Positions 8,664-19,763 of a stretch of 30,752 bases of DNA are shown in pieces; position 1 is the stretch's first letter, and every line of letters starts with the position of its first letter. The notes under the pieces were generated by a model. That model did not search any database, was not told the DNA's origin, and saw only the letters and a program-made list of their open reading frames with translations. This DNA comes from a virus (taxonomy: Duplodnaviria; Caudoviricetes), in the IMG/VR virus record IMGVR_UViG_3300005805_000309, positions 1-30,752 of that record; one strand, 5' to 3'. Both the position numbers and the translations under genes were made by a program.

Positions 8664-9221
8664 ATGTATGAACTATCAGAACAACAACTTCAACAATTAG
8701 GTGATATGTTTGCCGCTTTTTATAGACAAAAGATAAAGGCAAAAATATACCCCTTTGGAAACCCGAGTGTGAGGGGGTTGTCTAACAAAGTTGCGTCTGG
8801 TAAATTACTGAATAGTATTAAGACAAAAGTAAAAGAAACACCTGAAGGGTTAATGCTCGAAATAGAATATATGGATTATTTCAAGTATGTTAACTTGGGA
8901 AGAAGAAAGGGTGGTAAGTATGTTCCAATCAAAGCATTATTGGATTGGATAAAAATTAGGGGGATACGAAGAAGAGATGAGAAAGGACGATTTGTAAAAG
9001 GAAGTCAATTAAGTTTGGCATTTGCAATACAAAAGAACATACATAAGTTTGGTATCAGAAGAACGAATATTTATGATAAAGCCTATGACTCACTTGAAGA
9101 TGTTTTGATGAATCCTCCACCTGAGTTTAGAGATGATTTTGAGAGGTTATACAACGCAGTTGGTGAGGACGTGGAGAACTTCATAATGAGAATAATAAAT
9201 AAAGAAATACCATCAAGATAA
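8664..9221 (+). CDS. Neck/tail completion protein (HK97 gp10-like)
   Basis: ASGKLLNSI, YFKYVNLGR, LLDWIKIRGI and AFAIQKNIHKFGI patterns; basic. Confidence 0.6.
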   Translation: MYELSEQQLQQLGDMFAAFYRQKIKAKIYPFGNPSVRGLSNKVASGKLLNSIKTKVKETPEGLMLEIEYMDYFKYVNLGRRKGGKYVPIKALLDWIKIRGIRRRDEKGRFVKGSQLSLAFAIQKNIHKFGIRRTNIYDKAYDSLEDVLMNPPPEFRDDFERLYNAVGEDVENFIMRIINKEIPSR

Positions 9222-9222
9222 A

Positions 9223-10899
9223 ATGAGTTTCAACCTGACATTATTACAAGCCCCATTATCAGTGACGGAGACCCACTCCGACCATACGTGGAATGTGGCA
9301 TTAAATAGTTATTCTGCATATACCGATATTAGATTGGTTGTAGACATCTATAAGAACCCATATAAGAACGATCTCGGCCCAAACAATACCACAGGGTCAA
9401 CACAAGAGTTCGGTAAGATAGGGAGGTTATTAATCCCCTCCAATGAGTTCGGAAATTGTATCTTTAATGTTGAAACAATCATAAGAAATATTGTAAAGCC
9501 GAACCCTCGTAATATGTCTATGATATACAATACAAGCACAGGATTTGCTGAGTCAGACCCTTATGCTGTATCTGTTACGAATAGTTCATTAGTCAATATT
9601 GATGAGGAAACATCACAAGCGACAATCAATAACCTACCTATAAACTTCATCAGTTTTTCTAATGGTTTTAATGGGGGTTATCCAGGGTTCGAGAACATCT
9701 ATCACATCAATGAATATCGTTTGATTTTTGGGGTTCAATATACAAGTGGGAACACAACTATCCAAATCATAGATGAAACGAACTACGGGGTTTATTCAGG
9801 GTTCACAGGCCCAACTATGAATCCAGCAAGTGCAGCAACCCAACCTTATGGAGTTATGGTATGGCCTGGCGTTCAAGATAATAAAAGATATGCTGTATCT
9901 AATAACCCCTCATTAACTTATTATTATTCAGGTATAAACTTAGACGGTCAATATAACTTTTGGAACACAAAGGTATATGACTTCGCTATGAATAGTGGGG
10001 TTATTCCATTCAACATACCTGGTAGATTTATGGGGACATTCGGTCAAGAGACAATCCCTATGACAATATTGAATGGTTCCCCAATCCAAACTAGATTTAG
10101 AAGTCATTACTATAATTGTCCTATTGTGTTAGGGTTTATGTATGGGGAGAACGAGTTGTTTGATAATTCATCACTAATCAATTCGGTTAGTATCTTACAG
10201 AAGACCCAACCAAACGCACAACTGAATTATGATGTCATTTATTCACAACCTATTTCATACACTCAAAATCCAACTGGTTATAACTCATTTTTAGGTCAAA
10301 GAATAGCATATGTTAATTGGAAACAAAACCCTTTATTCAGGACAAATAGTGATGTCGCAATATTCCTATCAAGTGGAAATTGCGATACAAATTATTCTAA
10401 TGGTGTATCAGAAATAGTACAATATAAGATGATGGGTGAGGAGTGTTTCAATGACCCTGTTAATTTCTTGTTTATCAATAGGAATGGGGTTTGGGATACA
10501 TTCACCTTCACGAAGAAAAGTCAGTATGCTAAGACCCCGAGCAAAAAGATATACGGGTCTCAGAAGACACTTAATTCAACGGTATGGAATATGCAGAGTT
10601 ATGACTCATCAGAAACAGTTTACTATGGTGATGCTGTAGAGTTTATGACCGTAGCATCTAACTTTGTAAAACAGAATGACGTGGATATTATCGAAGAACT
10701 GATATTGTCCCCAACTGTATATGTAATCAAAGATGATTGGACACCTGAAAATAACCAACCACTTATTTATCCATATCTTATACCAGTGCAAGTATTGAAT
10801 AAAGAAGTCAAAAAATACCAACAGAAATACGATAGAGTATTCCAATACGAACTTGAGTTGAAATTAACCCCTTATAGACAATATAATTTACCTTACTAA
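9223..10899 (+). CDS. Tail/baseplate structural protein (distal-tail-like C-terminus)
   Basis: C-terminal [13 protein letters not shown] and ELILSPTVY motifs; beta-rich; coupled to the next gene (TAATG). Confidence 0.6.
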   Translation: MSFNLTLLQAPLSVTETHSDHTWNVALNSYSAYTDIRLVVDIYKNPYKNDLGPNNTTGSTQEFGKIGRLLIPSNEFGNCIFNVETIIRNIVKPNPRNMSMIYNTSTGFAESDPYAVSVTNSSLVNIDEETSQATINNLPINFISFSNGFNGGYPGFENIYHINEYRLIFGVQYTSGNTTIQIIDETNYGVYSGFTGPTMNPASAATQPYGVMVWPGVQDNKRYAVSNNPSLTYYYSGINLDGQYNFWNTKVYDFAMNSGVIPFNIPGRFMGTFGQETIPMTILNGSPIQTRFRSHYYNCPIVLGFMYGENELFDNSSLINSVSILQKTQPNAQLNYDVIYSQPISYTQNPTGYNSFLGQRIAYVNWKQNPLFRTNSDVAIFLSSGNCDTNYSNGVSEIVQYKMMGEECFNDPVNFLFINRNGVWDTFTFTKKSQYAKTPSKKIYGSQKTLNSTVWNMQSYDSSETVYYGDAVEFMTVASNFVKQNDVDIIEELILSPTVYVIKDDWTPENNQPLIYPYLIPVQVLNKEVKKYQQKYDRVFQYELELKLTPYRQYNLPY

Positions 10900-13800
10900 T
10901 GAGTTTAAGAATCAGGACTGTAATATCAGGTGTTCATAAGTATTTAGATTTGTTCGATGACGAAGACATATTGATGTCTTTTTCTGTCGGGGAAATACAA
11001 GACATAACATCAAAAAACTCAGGTTATTCCAAATCATTCACCTTGCCAGGAACAAAGAATAACAACGACATATTCAATTACTTTTATGATGTCAATTCTG
11101 TTCCTTTGGACTTTGACCCAAACGATAAGTTTGATGCGATTATATCTTGGGATGGGTATGAGATACTAGTTGGTAATATTCGTTTAGATGGGGTTTCTAT
11201 TGAAGGTGAGGACTTCACCTATCAGGCAACATTCTATAATCAGGTCGGTAATTTATCAGCAAATATCGGGGATAAGTTTTTGAGACAAACTGACCTATCT
11301 CATTTATCTCACCCCTTTACAGAAGATGTTATTCTCCAATCAAATGTAGATTACAACTTATTTCCACTGACGGGAGCAACGAACTATTCATATCAAAATG
11401 GCAAAACGATGTGGGGATTATACAATATAGGTTATTCCTATTCAGGTAATTCTCCATTTATACAACCTGAAATAACCCCTTTGGTAGAGTTCTCTGACTT
11501 GAGTGGAATTACATATACACCCAAAATAGGACATTTTGATTTTTCAGGAACACCAGTCAATGACTATTATTTCAAGCCAACACTACAAATCAAAGAATTA
11601 TATTCAAGTATAGTTCGTGATGCTGGTTATGAGATACAATCTGACTTTTTCAATACATCTTATTTTGAGAGATTTTATTTGCCACTAAAGTTTTTGGACG
11701 AAACTGTATATTCAAGAAATGCTATAATTCCTTGTTATACTTATGAAAATCCAGGTTTCTTTTTTTCTTTTTCTTCATCAAGTGCTTCAACAAACCCTAG
11801 TTCAGGAGTCATTTGTAATACTCTTAATCTATCCGCAACCACAGAGTTTATCAATTTTCCAACTCTTTTTGCGGGGTCATACACATTTATGTTCAGATAT
11901 AATTTACAGAGAAACTCCTTCAATAGTTGTGAGTTTGATATAGTAAATACTGGACCTGGTAATTTACAATTCGCATACATAAACTCATCGGGCGTTGAAC
12001 TTGTTGGGTTCATTCCTAGCGTTGATATTGGACTTCCATATACCATCATAGGACAATTTTTAGGAATAACTAGTGGTAATGGAACAGTCAGTAATGAAAG
12101 TAGTTCAGGTGTATCACTATTTTATAATAACTATACTAATACTGGTCTTTTAAGACAAGATGGTCTATGTGATAATGAAACATCAACAACACAAGTTGAA
12201 TTCACGAGGACTTTTGATTTAACAGGTAATACTAACCTACAATTTTATTTTGAAGGAACAAACACAACAATATCTGACTTCAAATTTGAGATATTTTCTG
12301 GCCCACGATTTTTGGTTTCAGGTCAAACATTTGATTATGCGTTGGAGTTTCCTGATAATGATTATAAACAAATAGATTTCATAACATCTATCAATAGATA
12401 TTTTAATTTGGTTGTGGTTCCAAGTCCCGATAAACCGAATACCCTCATTATTGAACCTATTGTAGATTACTTCGGAAAAGGTCAGTTATTAGATTGGACT
12501 ACAAAAGTGGATTTTAATCAACTACAATCTTTATCCCCAACCACATCTTTAATAAATGGAACATTGGACTATGAGTTCAGGTTAGACCAAGATTATGCTA
12601 ACCAAGATTTCAACTCGGCATCAAATAGGGTTTTTGGAACTGATAAAATCAATCTCAATATTCCATACAAAAACGACAATACCAAATTCACATACATATT
12701 CTCATCGCCTATTGATATTACAATCAATTGTGCTAACGTCAATTGTTTAACCCTATCATCATTCTCAAAAATCAAAACTGTTGATGTTTCAGGAACGACC
12801 TTACAACAGTTTCAACCATTCAAGATACTGCCCCGTGTCGTATTCAGGGGATTGACCTTGCCATCATTAAACTATGGATTTATTGGAACAGGGGCAACCC
12901 TTATTCAAACGTGGTATATGAAGTCATTTGGAACGTTATATCCACAAACTAGATTTACAAACATCAATAGGTTCACAACCTATCCATTCAATTATAGTGG
13001 TTTTTCTCACTACATCAATTTCAGGGGGGAAGACCAAACCACAATTCAGCCAAGAGAGTTCGAGTTTGTTGCTGAGGATTTATACGACATATATTACAAA
13101 GATTACATCGACGACCTAATCAGTCCTGAGAACAAAATATACAAAGTAAAAATATACCTCACACCAAATGAGGTGAAATCACTTCTATTTGATGAAGTTA
13201 TACTAATAAAAAACTCAATATTCAGGGTGAATAAAATAGATGGATTTAACCTTTTGGAACCTTCTATTTGTGATTTGGAACTTGTCAAACTAACAAAAAC
13301 CTATCAAGAGCACAGGAAATTATATTATGACTTAATCCCCTGTGCTGGTGGTGCTACGAAATATAGTAATTCTGACCTGAACTATAATCTTTACGCCTAT
13401 ATCGGTGGTTACGTGAGTTTATTTGATGATAGTATCAACGCATTGGGATGTCATCAGGTGGTTCAAGGATTTTACAATAGTAATAATAATTATCAACATT
13501 ACTATATTTCATCAGGATACACTCCCAACTTTGCCAACGTTTATAGCGATTGTAATTGTACTGGATTTACAGCATTCAATATAGTTCAGAATGGTTCAGT
13601 GATACCACCAACTCCAAGTCCAACCCCAACACCGACACCGACAGCAACTGCTGGTTTAAGTCCAACTCCGACTGAAACTCCAACTCAAACACCTACGCAA
13701 ACACCTACGCAAACACCTACTAATACAGAGACTCCTACTCAAACTCCAACAAATACGGAAACATCAACACCGACGCAAACTCCTACAAACACGGAGACCA

Positions 13801-16151
13801 GTACCCCTACGCAAACTCCAACAAACACAGAAACACCAACTTCTACTCCGACAGAAACTCCTACACAGACACCAACAAATACTGTTAGTCAAACTGTTAC
13901 ACCGTCTGAGACATCAACTCAGACGCCAACAAATACCCCTACAAATACTGCTACACCAACGCAAACAGAAACACCTACGCAAACTGCTACACCAACAAAT
14001 ACAGAGACACCAACACAAACACCTACAAATACAGAAACATCTACAAATACACCGACACCTACTCAGACGGAAACGCCTACAAATACACCTACAAATACAC
14101 CTACTAATACAGAGACTCCTACTCAAACTATCACTCCTACGCAAACAGAAACGCCTACAAATACACCAACTCAAACTATAACACCAACCAATACAGAAAC
14201 ACCTACAAATACTCCGACACAAACAGAGACTCCTACTCAAACTATCACTCCGACCCAAACAGAAACACCTACAAATACACCAACCAATACTGCTACACCT
14301 ACAAACACAATTACTCCAACTAATACTGAGACACCAACAAATACACCTACTGAGACGCCTACTCAGACACCTACGAATACTGAGACGCCAACACAAACGG
14401 CGACTAACACTCCTACGCAAACGCCTACCAATACTGAAACTCCAACACAAACACCGACTAATACACCTACAAATACAGAAACTCCAACTCAGACCCCAAC
14501 TGAGACACCTACAAATACCCCTACTCAAACTCAAACACCAACAGAAACAGCAACTCAAACACCAACTAATACGGCTACACCGACAGAAACGCCGTCTCAG
14601 ACGCCAACAAATACTGCGTCTCAAACTCAGACCCCAACTGAAACACCAACACAAACCCCTACAAATACTGCTACACCGTCTGAAACACCAACTCAGACCC
14701 CAACAAATACTGCTAGTCAAACGGAGACACCTACTCAAACCCCTACAAATACACCTACCCCGTCTGAAACTCCAACTCAGACGCCTACAAATACTGCTTC
14801 ACAGACAGCTACACCGTCTAAAACACCAACTCAGACACCTACAAATACGGCTAGTCAAACTGCTACACCAACAACCACCCCAACTCAGACCCCAACCAAT
14901 ACAATTACTCCGACCAAAACCGCCACACCTACACCAACATCCACAACATCAGGGGATGCAGACGCAAACGCTTATTTGGAAGCGGTGGTTCAAGCAGGTG
15001 GAACAGGAATAACATCAACAGTATCTGCGGCTACACAGACCTTATTTACTGAATTGAAGAATTGTGGTGTTTATTCCAAGTTAGATGCTCTTTATCCATA
15101 TTTGGGAGGAACTTCCGCATCTTGTAAGTGGAACGCGATTGACCCTCAAGATACAGATGCGGCATTTAGATTAACATTTGGTGGTGGATGGGTATTTGAC
15201 CAAGCAGTAGGAATTAAAGGTAATGGAACAAATGCTTTCGCAGAAACATATTGGGTTGAAAGTGGTGCTACACCGTCATCAGCAAATACTACAATAGGAT
15301 TTTTTGTAAGTGTCAGTGGCACCACAGGATTTGATATGGGCCGTCAATACACATCAGGATGGTTGGTATTACAAGCATCAAATGGAACTAATGCCAGGGG
15401 TTCAATCCAAACAGGTAGTTTGGGTACATTGACAGCAACAACAAACGCACAGGCAATAAACTTCTTCGGTTTGACGAGAACTAATAATTCTCAAGTATCA
15501 TTTGTGAGAGCAGGTGGAGTGGTTCAAACCATAACATCAAATACAACTGTTGTTCGTGCTCCATCTTCCGTAAATATAGGACAAGCCGCAGGATTTGGTG
15601 GATATTCAAATAGAGCATGGGGTACTGGATTCTTAGGTGATGGTTTAACAACAGATGAATTGGCTTGTTTGAGAGATGCTATCACAACATTCAATACAAC
15701 ATTAGGAAGAAATATTATTGACCCTAGTATTACACCAACGCCGACCGCAACACCAACTAAAACACCAACTCCAACCCAAACACCAACATCAACACCAACT
15801 GGTACTCCAGTGGAACCATCACCATCTTTGAGTCCAACCCCAACAACTACATCAACGCCCACCCCAACAACATATCCAACAATCTATACTCACGGAGCAG
15901 TATTAACACCTTGTTCGGGATATTGTAATACAAATTACAACATAGCAACATTAACGAGTGCTGATGGTGATTATACATCATTAACGGTCGGTGATACAAT
16001 ATACGGACAGGGTGGAGTTGCTGGTTTTGTGGCATACTCAAATGTTTCAACTGACACCACCACTGGTCCATTTAAGATTGCTGAAATTGATACTAATGGA
16101 GAGGTATTAGGTCTATATGAATGTTTAGGGGGAATCTGTAATCCAATATAA
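10899..16151 (+). CDS. Large baseplate hub/tail fibre protein (1750 aa) with ~450-aa T/P stalk and terminal domains
   Basis: N-terminal [17 protein letters not shown] and LDWTTKVD hub motifs; PT repeats; [10 protein letters not shown]...YPYLGG domain; C-terminal 89-aa Cys domain. Confidence 0.75.
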   Translation: MSLRIRTVISGVHKYLDLFDDEDILMSFSVGEIQDITSKNSGYSKSFTLPGTKNNNDIFNYFYDVNSVPLDFDPNDKFDAIISWDGYEILVGNIRLDGVSIEGEDFTYQATFYNQVGNLSANIGDKFLRQTDLSHLSHPFTEDVILQSNVDYNLFPLTGATNYSYQNGKTMWGLYNIGYSYSGNSPFIQPEITPLVEFSDLSGITYTPKIGHFDFSGTPVNDYYFKPTLQIKELYSSIVRDAGYEIQSDFFNTSYFERFYLPLKFLDETVYSRNAIIPCYTYENPGFFFSFSSSSASTNPSSGVICNTLNLSATTEFINFPTLFAGSYTFMFRYNLQRNSFNSCEFDIVNTGPGNLQFAYINSSGVELVGFIPSVDIGLPYTIIGQFLGITSGNGTVSNESSSGVSLFYNNYTNTGLLRQDGLCDNETSTTQVEFTRTFDLTGNTNLQFYFEGTNTTISDFKFEIFSGPRFLVSGQTFDYALEFPDNDYKQIDFITSINRYFNLVVVPSPDKPNTLIIEPIVDYFGKGQLLDWTTKVDFNQLQSLSPTTSLINGTLDYEFRLDQDYANQDFNSASNRVFGTDKINLNIPYKNDNTKFTYIFSSPIDITINCANVNCLTLSSFSKIKTVDVSGTTLQQFQPFKILPRVVFRGLTLPSLNYGFIGTGATLIQTWYMKSFGTLYPQTRFTNINRFTTYPFNYSGFSHYINFRGEDQTTIQPREFEFVAEDLYDIYYKDYIDDLISPENKIYKVKIYLTPNEVKSLLFDEVILIKNSIFRVNKIDGFNLLEPSICDLELVKLTKTYQEHRKLYYDLIPCAGGATKYSNSDLNYNLYAYIGGYVSLFDDSINALGCHQVVQGFYNSNNNYQHYYISSGYTPNFANVYSDCNCTGFTAFNIVQNGSVIPPTPSPTPTPTPTATAGLSPTPTETPTQTPTQTPTQTPTNTETPTQTPTNTETSTPTQTPTNTETSTPTQTPTNTETPTSTPTETPTQTPTNTVSQTVTPSETSTQTPTNTPTNTATPTQTETPTQTATPTNTETPTQTPTNTETSTNTPTPTQTETPTNTPTNTPTNTETPTQTITPTQTETPTNTPTQTITPTNTETPTNTPTQTETPTQTITPTQTETPTNTPTNTATPTNTITPTNTETPTNTPTETPTQTPTNTETPTQTATNTPTQTPTNTETPTQTPTNTPTNTETPTQTPTETPTNTPTQTQTPTETATQTPTNTATPTETPSQTPTNTASQTQTPTETPTQTPTNTATPSETPTQTPTNTASQTETPTQTPTNTPTPSETPTQTPTNTASQTATPSKTPTQTPTNTASQTATPTTTPTQTPTNTITPTKTATPTPTSTTSGDADANAYLEAVVQAGGTGITSTVSAATQTLFTELKNCGVYSKLDALYPYLGGTSASCKWNAIDPQDTDAAFRLTFGGGWVFDQAVGIKGNGTNAFAETYWVESGATPSSANTTIGFFVSVSGTTGFDMGRQYTSGWLVLQASNGTNARGSIQTGSLGTLTATTNAQAINFFGLTRTNNSQVSFVRAGGVVQTITSNTTVVRAPSSVNIGQAAGFGGYSNRAWGTGFLGDGLTTDELACLRDAITTFNTTLGRNIIDPSITPTPTATPTKTPTPTQTPTSTPTGTPVEPSPSLSPTPTTTSTPTPTTYPTIYTHGAVLTPCSGYCNTNYNIATLTSADGDYTSLTVGDTIYGQGGVAGFVAYSNVSTDTTTGPFKIAEIDTNGEVLGLYECLGGICNPI
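13605..14950 (+). repeat. Low-complexity coding repeat ([12 protein letters not shown])n
   Basis: Thr at nearly every second residue over ~450 codons; ACN/CCN-rich DNA. Confidence 0.95.
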
Positions 16152-16157
16152 AAAAAT

Positions 16158-16364
16158 ATGATAGTAGGACTTTTAACAATAGAACAAAAGAATCAGTTGA
16201 ATGGGCTTCAACTCCAACACGATTGGTATTTTAACCCCATTCAAGACGGAAATGGTGATTGGATAATATCCACACAAGAAATAGATAATAATACAAATCT
16301 TGAAGTAGAATGGGTCAAAGACCTTCCTTTGATTGAATATGTACCAGTTAATAATATAGAATAA
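16158..16364 (+). CDS. Small conserved-looking phage protein, possible fibre-associated/chaperone
   Basis: GLLTIEQK...YFNPIQD..GDWIIS..EI...WVKDLPLI; directly follows the fibre gene. Confidence 0.7.
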   Translation: MIVGLLTIEQKNQLNGLQLQHDWYFNPIQDGNGDWIISTQEIDNNTNLEVEWVKDLPLIEYVPVNNIE

Positions 16365-16388
16365 AATAAAATTATATTTATAAGTAAT

Positions 16389-17081
16389 ATGAGTTGTATA
16401 ACATACCTACATAATGACCCTTTGGATAGTGGAGGAACAAAGTTTATTTCAGGAACCACTTGTAATGGTTCCTCGACATCTTATAATCTAAGTTTTGGTG
16501 ATTCTGCTTGTATGGAAGCAGAACTTCCTTTGGTTATTTGTGATGGTTTAACAATAAGTGGAAGTTGTATTGGTCCATCTATAACACCATCCCCAACCCC
16601 AACTAACACAGCAACTCCTACACAAACTCAAACACCAACAGAGACACAGGGTTTGACACCGACGCAAACACCAACCAATACAGAAACACCAACACAAACA
16701 CCAACAAATACTGCAACTCCAACACAAACTCAAACCCCAACTGGAACACAGGCTAGTCCTCCAACAACACCAACACAAACACCAACTCCGAGTCAGACTC
16801 AGGCTATACAAATATTTACTCACTCAGCTGTTTTAGCGAACTGTTCAGATTACTGTAATTCAAATTACAACATAACTACTTCAACCAGTGCAACTGCGAG
16901 TTACTTAGCACTGACAATCGGTGATACAATATTTGGTCAAGGTGGTGTAGCAGGATTTGTCGCTTATTCTAACATATCAACAGATACGACCACTGGTCCA
17001 TTTAGAATTGCTGAAATCAATACAAGTGGTGTGATACTAGGTATTTATGTTTGTCTCGCAGGAATTTGTGACCCCCTTTAA
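16389..17081 (+). CDS. PT-linker protein with a C-terminal domain paralogous to that of the 1750-aa protein
   Basis: Cys-rich N-terminus, TPT linker, 89-aa C-terminal domain 63/89 identical (manual count) to the one encoded at 15882-16151. Confidence 0.8.
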   Translation: MSCITYLHNDPLDSGGTKFISGTTCNGSSTSYNLSFGDSACMEAELPLVICDGLTISGSCIGPSITPSPTPTNTATPTQTQTPTETQGLTPTQTPTNTETPTQTPTNTATPTQTQTPTGTQASPPTTPTQTPTPSQTQAIQIFTHSAVLANCSDYCNSNYNITTSTSATASYLALTIGDTIFGQGGVAGFVAYSNISTDTTTGPFRIAEINTSGVILGIYVCLAGICDPL

Positions 17082-17084
17082 TAT

Positions 17085-17222
17085 ATGGAAATTAGATTTA
17101 TAACAACAGAAACGGTCAGTAAGACCCCAAAGAAAATTACAGAACAACTGAATTACTTGAAAGGAAAACTTCAAGGATTGTTGGATAATTACAGCTTATT
17201 AGAATCGTTTAATATCAAATAG
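17085..17222 (+). CDS. Small hypothetical protein (45 aa; not in ORF track)
   Basis: MEIRFITTETVSKTPKKITEQLNYLKGKLQGLLDNYSLLESFNIK*; exactly fills the gap before the tape measure gene. Confidence 0.6.
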   Translation: MEIRFITTETVSKTPKKITEQLNYLKGKLQGLLDNYSLLESFNIK

Positions 17223-17223
17223 A

Positions 17224-19728
17224 ATGGCTCAGAAAAAGATTGACATTAAGTTTAACATAGATAGTAAGTCAGTTGAAATAGCTGGTGAAAAAACTATGAG
17301 ATTGACCACGCTGGCTAGGTCTTTAAGAGAGGAACTGGCTAGTGGTAATTATTCTCAAGAGGAATTTGATATTTTGTCCAATAAGTTGGACAATGTTCAG
17401 GAACGAATGGAGGGGACACGGCTCAGAGCTGGTGATTTATTTACTTCACTTCAACTCATACCAGGTCCGATTGGGGAAATATCCAGTAAAGTAAATGGGG
17501 CATTAGCCACCTTAAGAATGTTCAGTGAGCTGAGCTTCGGAGACCTGAAGGCTCAATTTGGTAAAGTTGTAGATGATGTAAAACAGATTGGAACTAATCT
17601 CAACAATACGATGGGTATTACTTCAAGGTATACTGCTTTTGTTGATTTACTAACAAACAAATTACAGGGTTATGGTGTAGCTCAGAATGCGGCCAGCACA
17701 GCCGCACGGGGTTTCGCGGCAGCACTGACCGCAACAGGTATTGGTATTATTGTAATAGCGTTGGGTGCTCTTATAGCGAATTGGGACAAGGTCAAGGATT
17801 CTATAATGGGGGCAACAGCCGAATCAAAGGTATATGACGAAGCACAAACAGAGGTCACGAAGAATTTGACGGATTTCAACAAAAAACTTATAGATGTTGA
17901 GAACTCATTCAAACAAGCACGGGCAGGGACAATTTCAAAAGAGGAAGCTCTCAAAAAATATAATGACACATTAGGGTCAACAGTTGGGTATGCTGGTTCA
18001 TTAGACCAAGCTGAACAGTTGTTGGCTGCGAATACATCCACAGTCATAAAGAGTATAAAACTCAGAACACAAGCGAATGTATTTTATGCGAAATCAGCTG
18101 AAGCGGCAGCAAAAGCTCTGAGTGGTGAAGATATTGAACCTGACTTTTTGAGTTGGCAAACTTTTTTTGATGGTGTTTTAGCGGGTGGAAATAGTTTTAT
18201 TTTCGCAGCAAATCAAGCCCAGTCATACGCTGAAAATCTTGCGGGTGTAATTAAAGACCAGGACACATTTGCTAAGGAGGGTGATAAACTAATTGCGGAA
18301 GCAATAGAGAATGATAAAAAGTTAAAAGCAGGTCTTGCAAAACCACCTGATACATCAGGAACGAAACAGGCTGCTAAGAGCACAATAGAGGAATATAACA
18401 AGGCTTATCAAGAGGTGACCTTGGCACAAATGACAGAGAAGGAAAAGGAGGAAGCCCTTGTCCGTCAGAAATTCCAAAACTTTATCAAATTAGCAGAACA
18501 GAATGGTAAAGACACCAAAATATTTGAAGAGGGTTTAGCTAAAGAGCTGAAGGACATAAAAGATAAATACGAGAAAAAAGATAGACAGACAGCTTTTGAC
18601 GAACAAGTAAGACAACTTGAACTGAAAAAACAAACGGGTCTAATCGCTGAAGAGGATTATCAAAAGGCACTATTTGATTTATCGGTTCAGTATGATATAA
18701 AAAGAGAAGAGGCTCAGGCAAAATATACCGCATTCTTAAATGCTGAGAAGGACAAAAGATTAAAAAAACAACGAGAGGTTCTATTTGCTGAATTACAGGC
18801 TGAAATAGATGCTATAGATAAAGCAAATCAATTACTTGAGGGGGATTTTGCTGAAGATAATGCTCGTCTTGAACAGAAAAGATTATTACTCCAACAACAA
18901 AGGGATTTAGAATTACAAGCCGTTGAAAATGACGAGGCAAAAAGATTAGAAATAATCAAAAAATATGCTAATGCTGAAAATGAAATAGAAAAACAGGTCA
19001 CCCTCAATAAAGTAACAGAATTAGAGGCACGGAAAACAGCACAATTGGAGTATGCTCAAGCTATTGGTTCTGCATTTGGGGCTCTTAGCGGATTCTTGAA
19101 GGAAGGAACAGCCGCAGCAAAGGCGGCAGCACTTGCTGAAATTGCTATTGGGACTGCGGTTGGTTTCATAAATGCGTTGGACATCGCACAAAAAACAGCG
19201 AAGGGAACAGGACCAGCAGCAGCATTCGCATTTCCTATTTTTTATGCTACACAGATTGGAGCAGTTTTAGCCGCAGCATCACGAGCAAAGGCAATACTGA
19301 AATCGGGAAGTGGTGGAGGTGGAAACCTACAAAGTAATGTTGATAATAAAATATCTGCAGGACAATCCACATCCCCCTCCGCTAGTTCTTCACCAGCACC
19401 AATTCAGGTTTCAGCGAGAAGAAATCAAGGTGGATTTGTTTTTGGTGATGGGGGTTCTATAACTGACACCATACCAACGATGTTGTCAAATGGGGAGTTC
19501 GTCATGAATGCTAAGTCAGCTGCGATGTTTTCACCGATGCTGACTGCTATGAATAACTTTGGTAATCTACCAAATACAGCAATACCACAATCATTAGGTA
19601 ATCAGTCATTAGTAGATGTTATGGCACAGACAACTAACAATAGACCTATCAAAACTTATGTAACGGCTCAGGATATGTCTAACCAACAACAGTTCGATAG
19701 AACCATAAAATCAAGGTCTTTGATATAA
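17224..19728 (+). CDS. Tape measure protein
   Basis: Long helical Ala-rich protein with ALTATGIGIIVIALGALIANWD, a second hydrophobic stretch, and C-terminal DTIPTMLSNGEFVMNA. Confidence 0.88.
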   Translation: MAQKKIDIKFNIDSKSVEIAGEKTMRLTTLARSLREELASGNYSQEEFDILSNKLDNVQERMEGTRLRAGDLFTSLQLIPGPIGEISSKVNGALATLRMFSELSFGDLKAQFGKVVDDVKQIGTNLNNTMGITSRYTAFVDLLTNKLQGYGVAQNAASTAARGFAAALTATGIGIIVIALGALIANWDKVKDSIMGATAESKVYDEAQTEVTKNLTDFNKKLIDVENSFKQARAGTISKEEALKKYNDTLGSTVGYAGSLDQAEQLLAANTSTVIKSIKLRTQANVFYAKSAEAAAKALSGEDIEPDFLSWQTFFDGVLAGGNSFIFAANQAQSYAENLAGVIKDQDTFAKEGDKLIAEAIENDKKLKAGLAKPPDTSGTKQAAKSTIEEYNKAYQEVTLAQMTEKEKEEALVRQKFQNFIKLAEQNGKDTKIFEEGLAKELKDIKDKYEKKDRQTAFDEQVRQLELKKQTGLIAEEDYQKALFDLSVQYDIKREEAQAKYTAFLNAEKDKRLKKQREVLFAELQAEIDAIDKANQLLEGDFAEDNARLEQKRLLLQQQRDLELQAVENDEAKRLEIIKKYANAENEIEKQVTLNKVTELEARKTAQLEYAQAIGSAFGALSGFLKEGTAAAKAAALAEIAIGTAVGFINALDIAQKTAKGTGPAAAFAFPIFYATQIGAVLAAASRAKAILKSGSGGGGNLQSNVDNKISAGQSTSPSASSSPAPIQVSARRNQGGFVFGDGGSITDTIPTMLSNGEFVMNAKSAAMFSPMLTAMNNFGNLPNTAIPQSLGNQSLVDVMAQTTNNRPIKTYVTAQDMSNQQQFDRTIKSRSLI

Positions 19729-19763
19729 TGGCATAAGCAAATATAAAATATATTTATTATAGA

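Noticed and set aside
13914-14738. 274-aa Cys/Arg-rich minus-strand ORF (also 16548-16823 and 15524-15862)
   Set aside because: Antisense shadow of the Thr/Pro repeat codons.
13605-14950. Ice-binding TxT beta-solenoid
   Set aside because: High proline content is incompatible with a beta-helix; a linker or stalk is more likely.
15882-17081. Diversity-generating retroelement TR/VR pair
   Set aside because: Differences are spread over all bases and are largely synonymous, both copies are coding, and there is no reverse transcriptase in the window.
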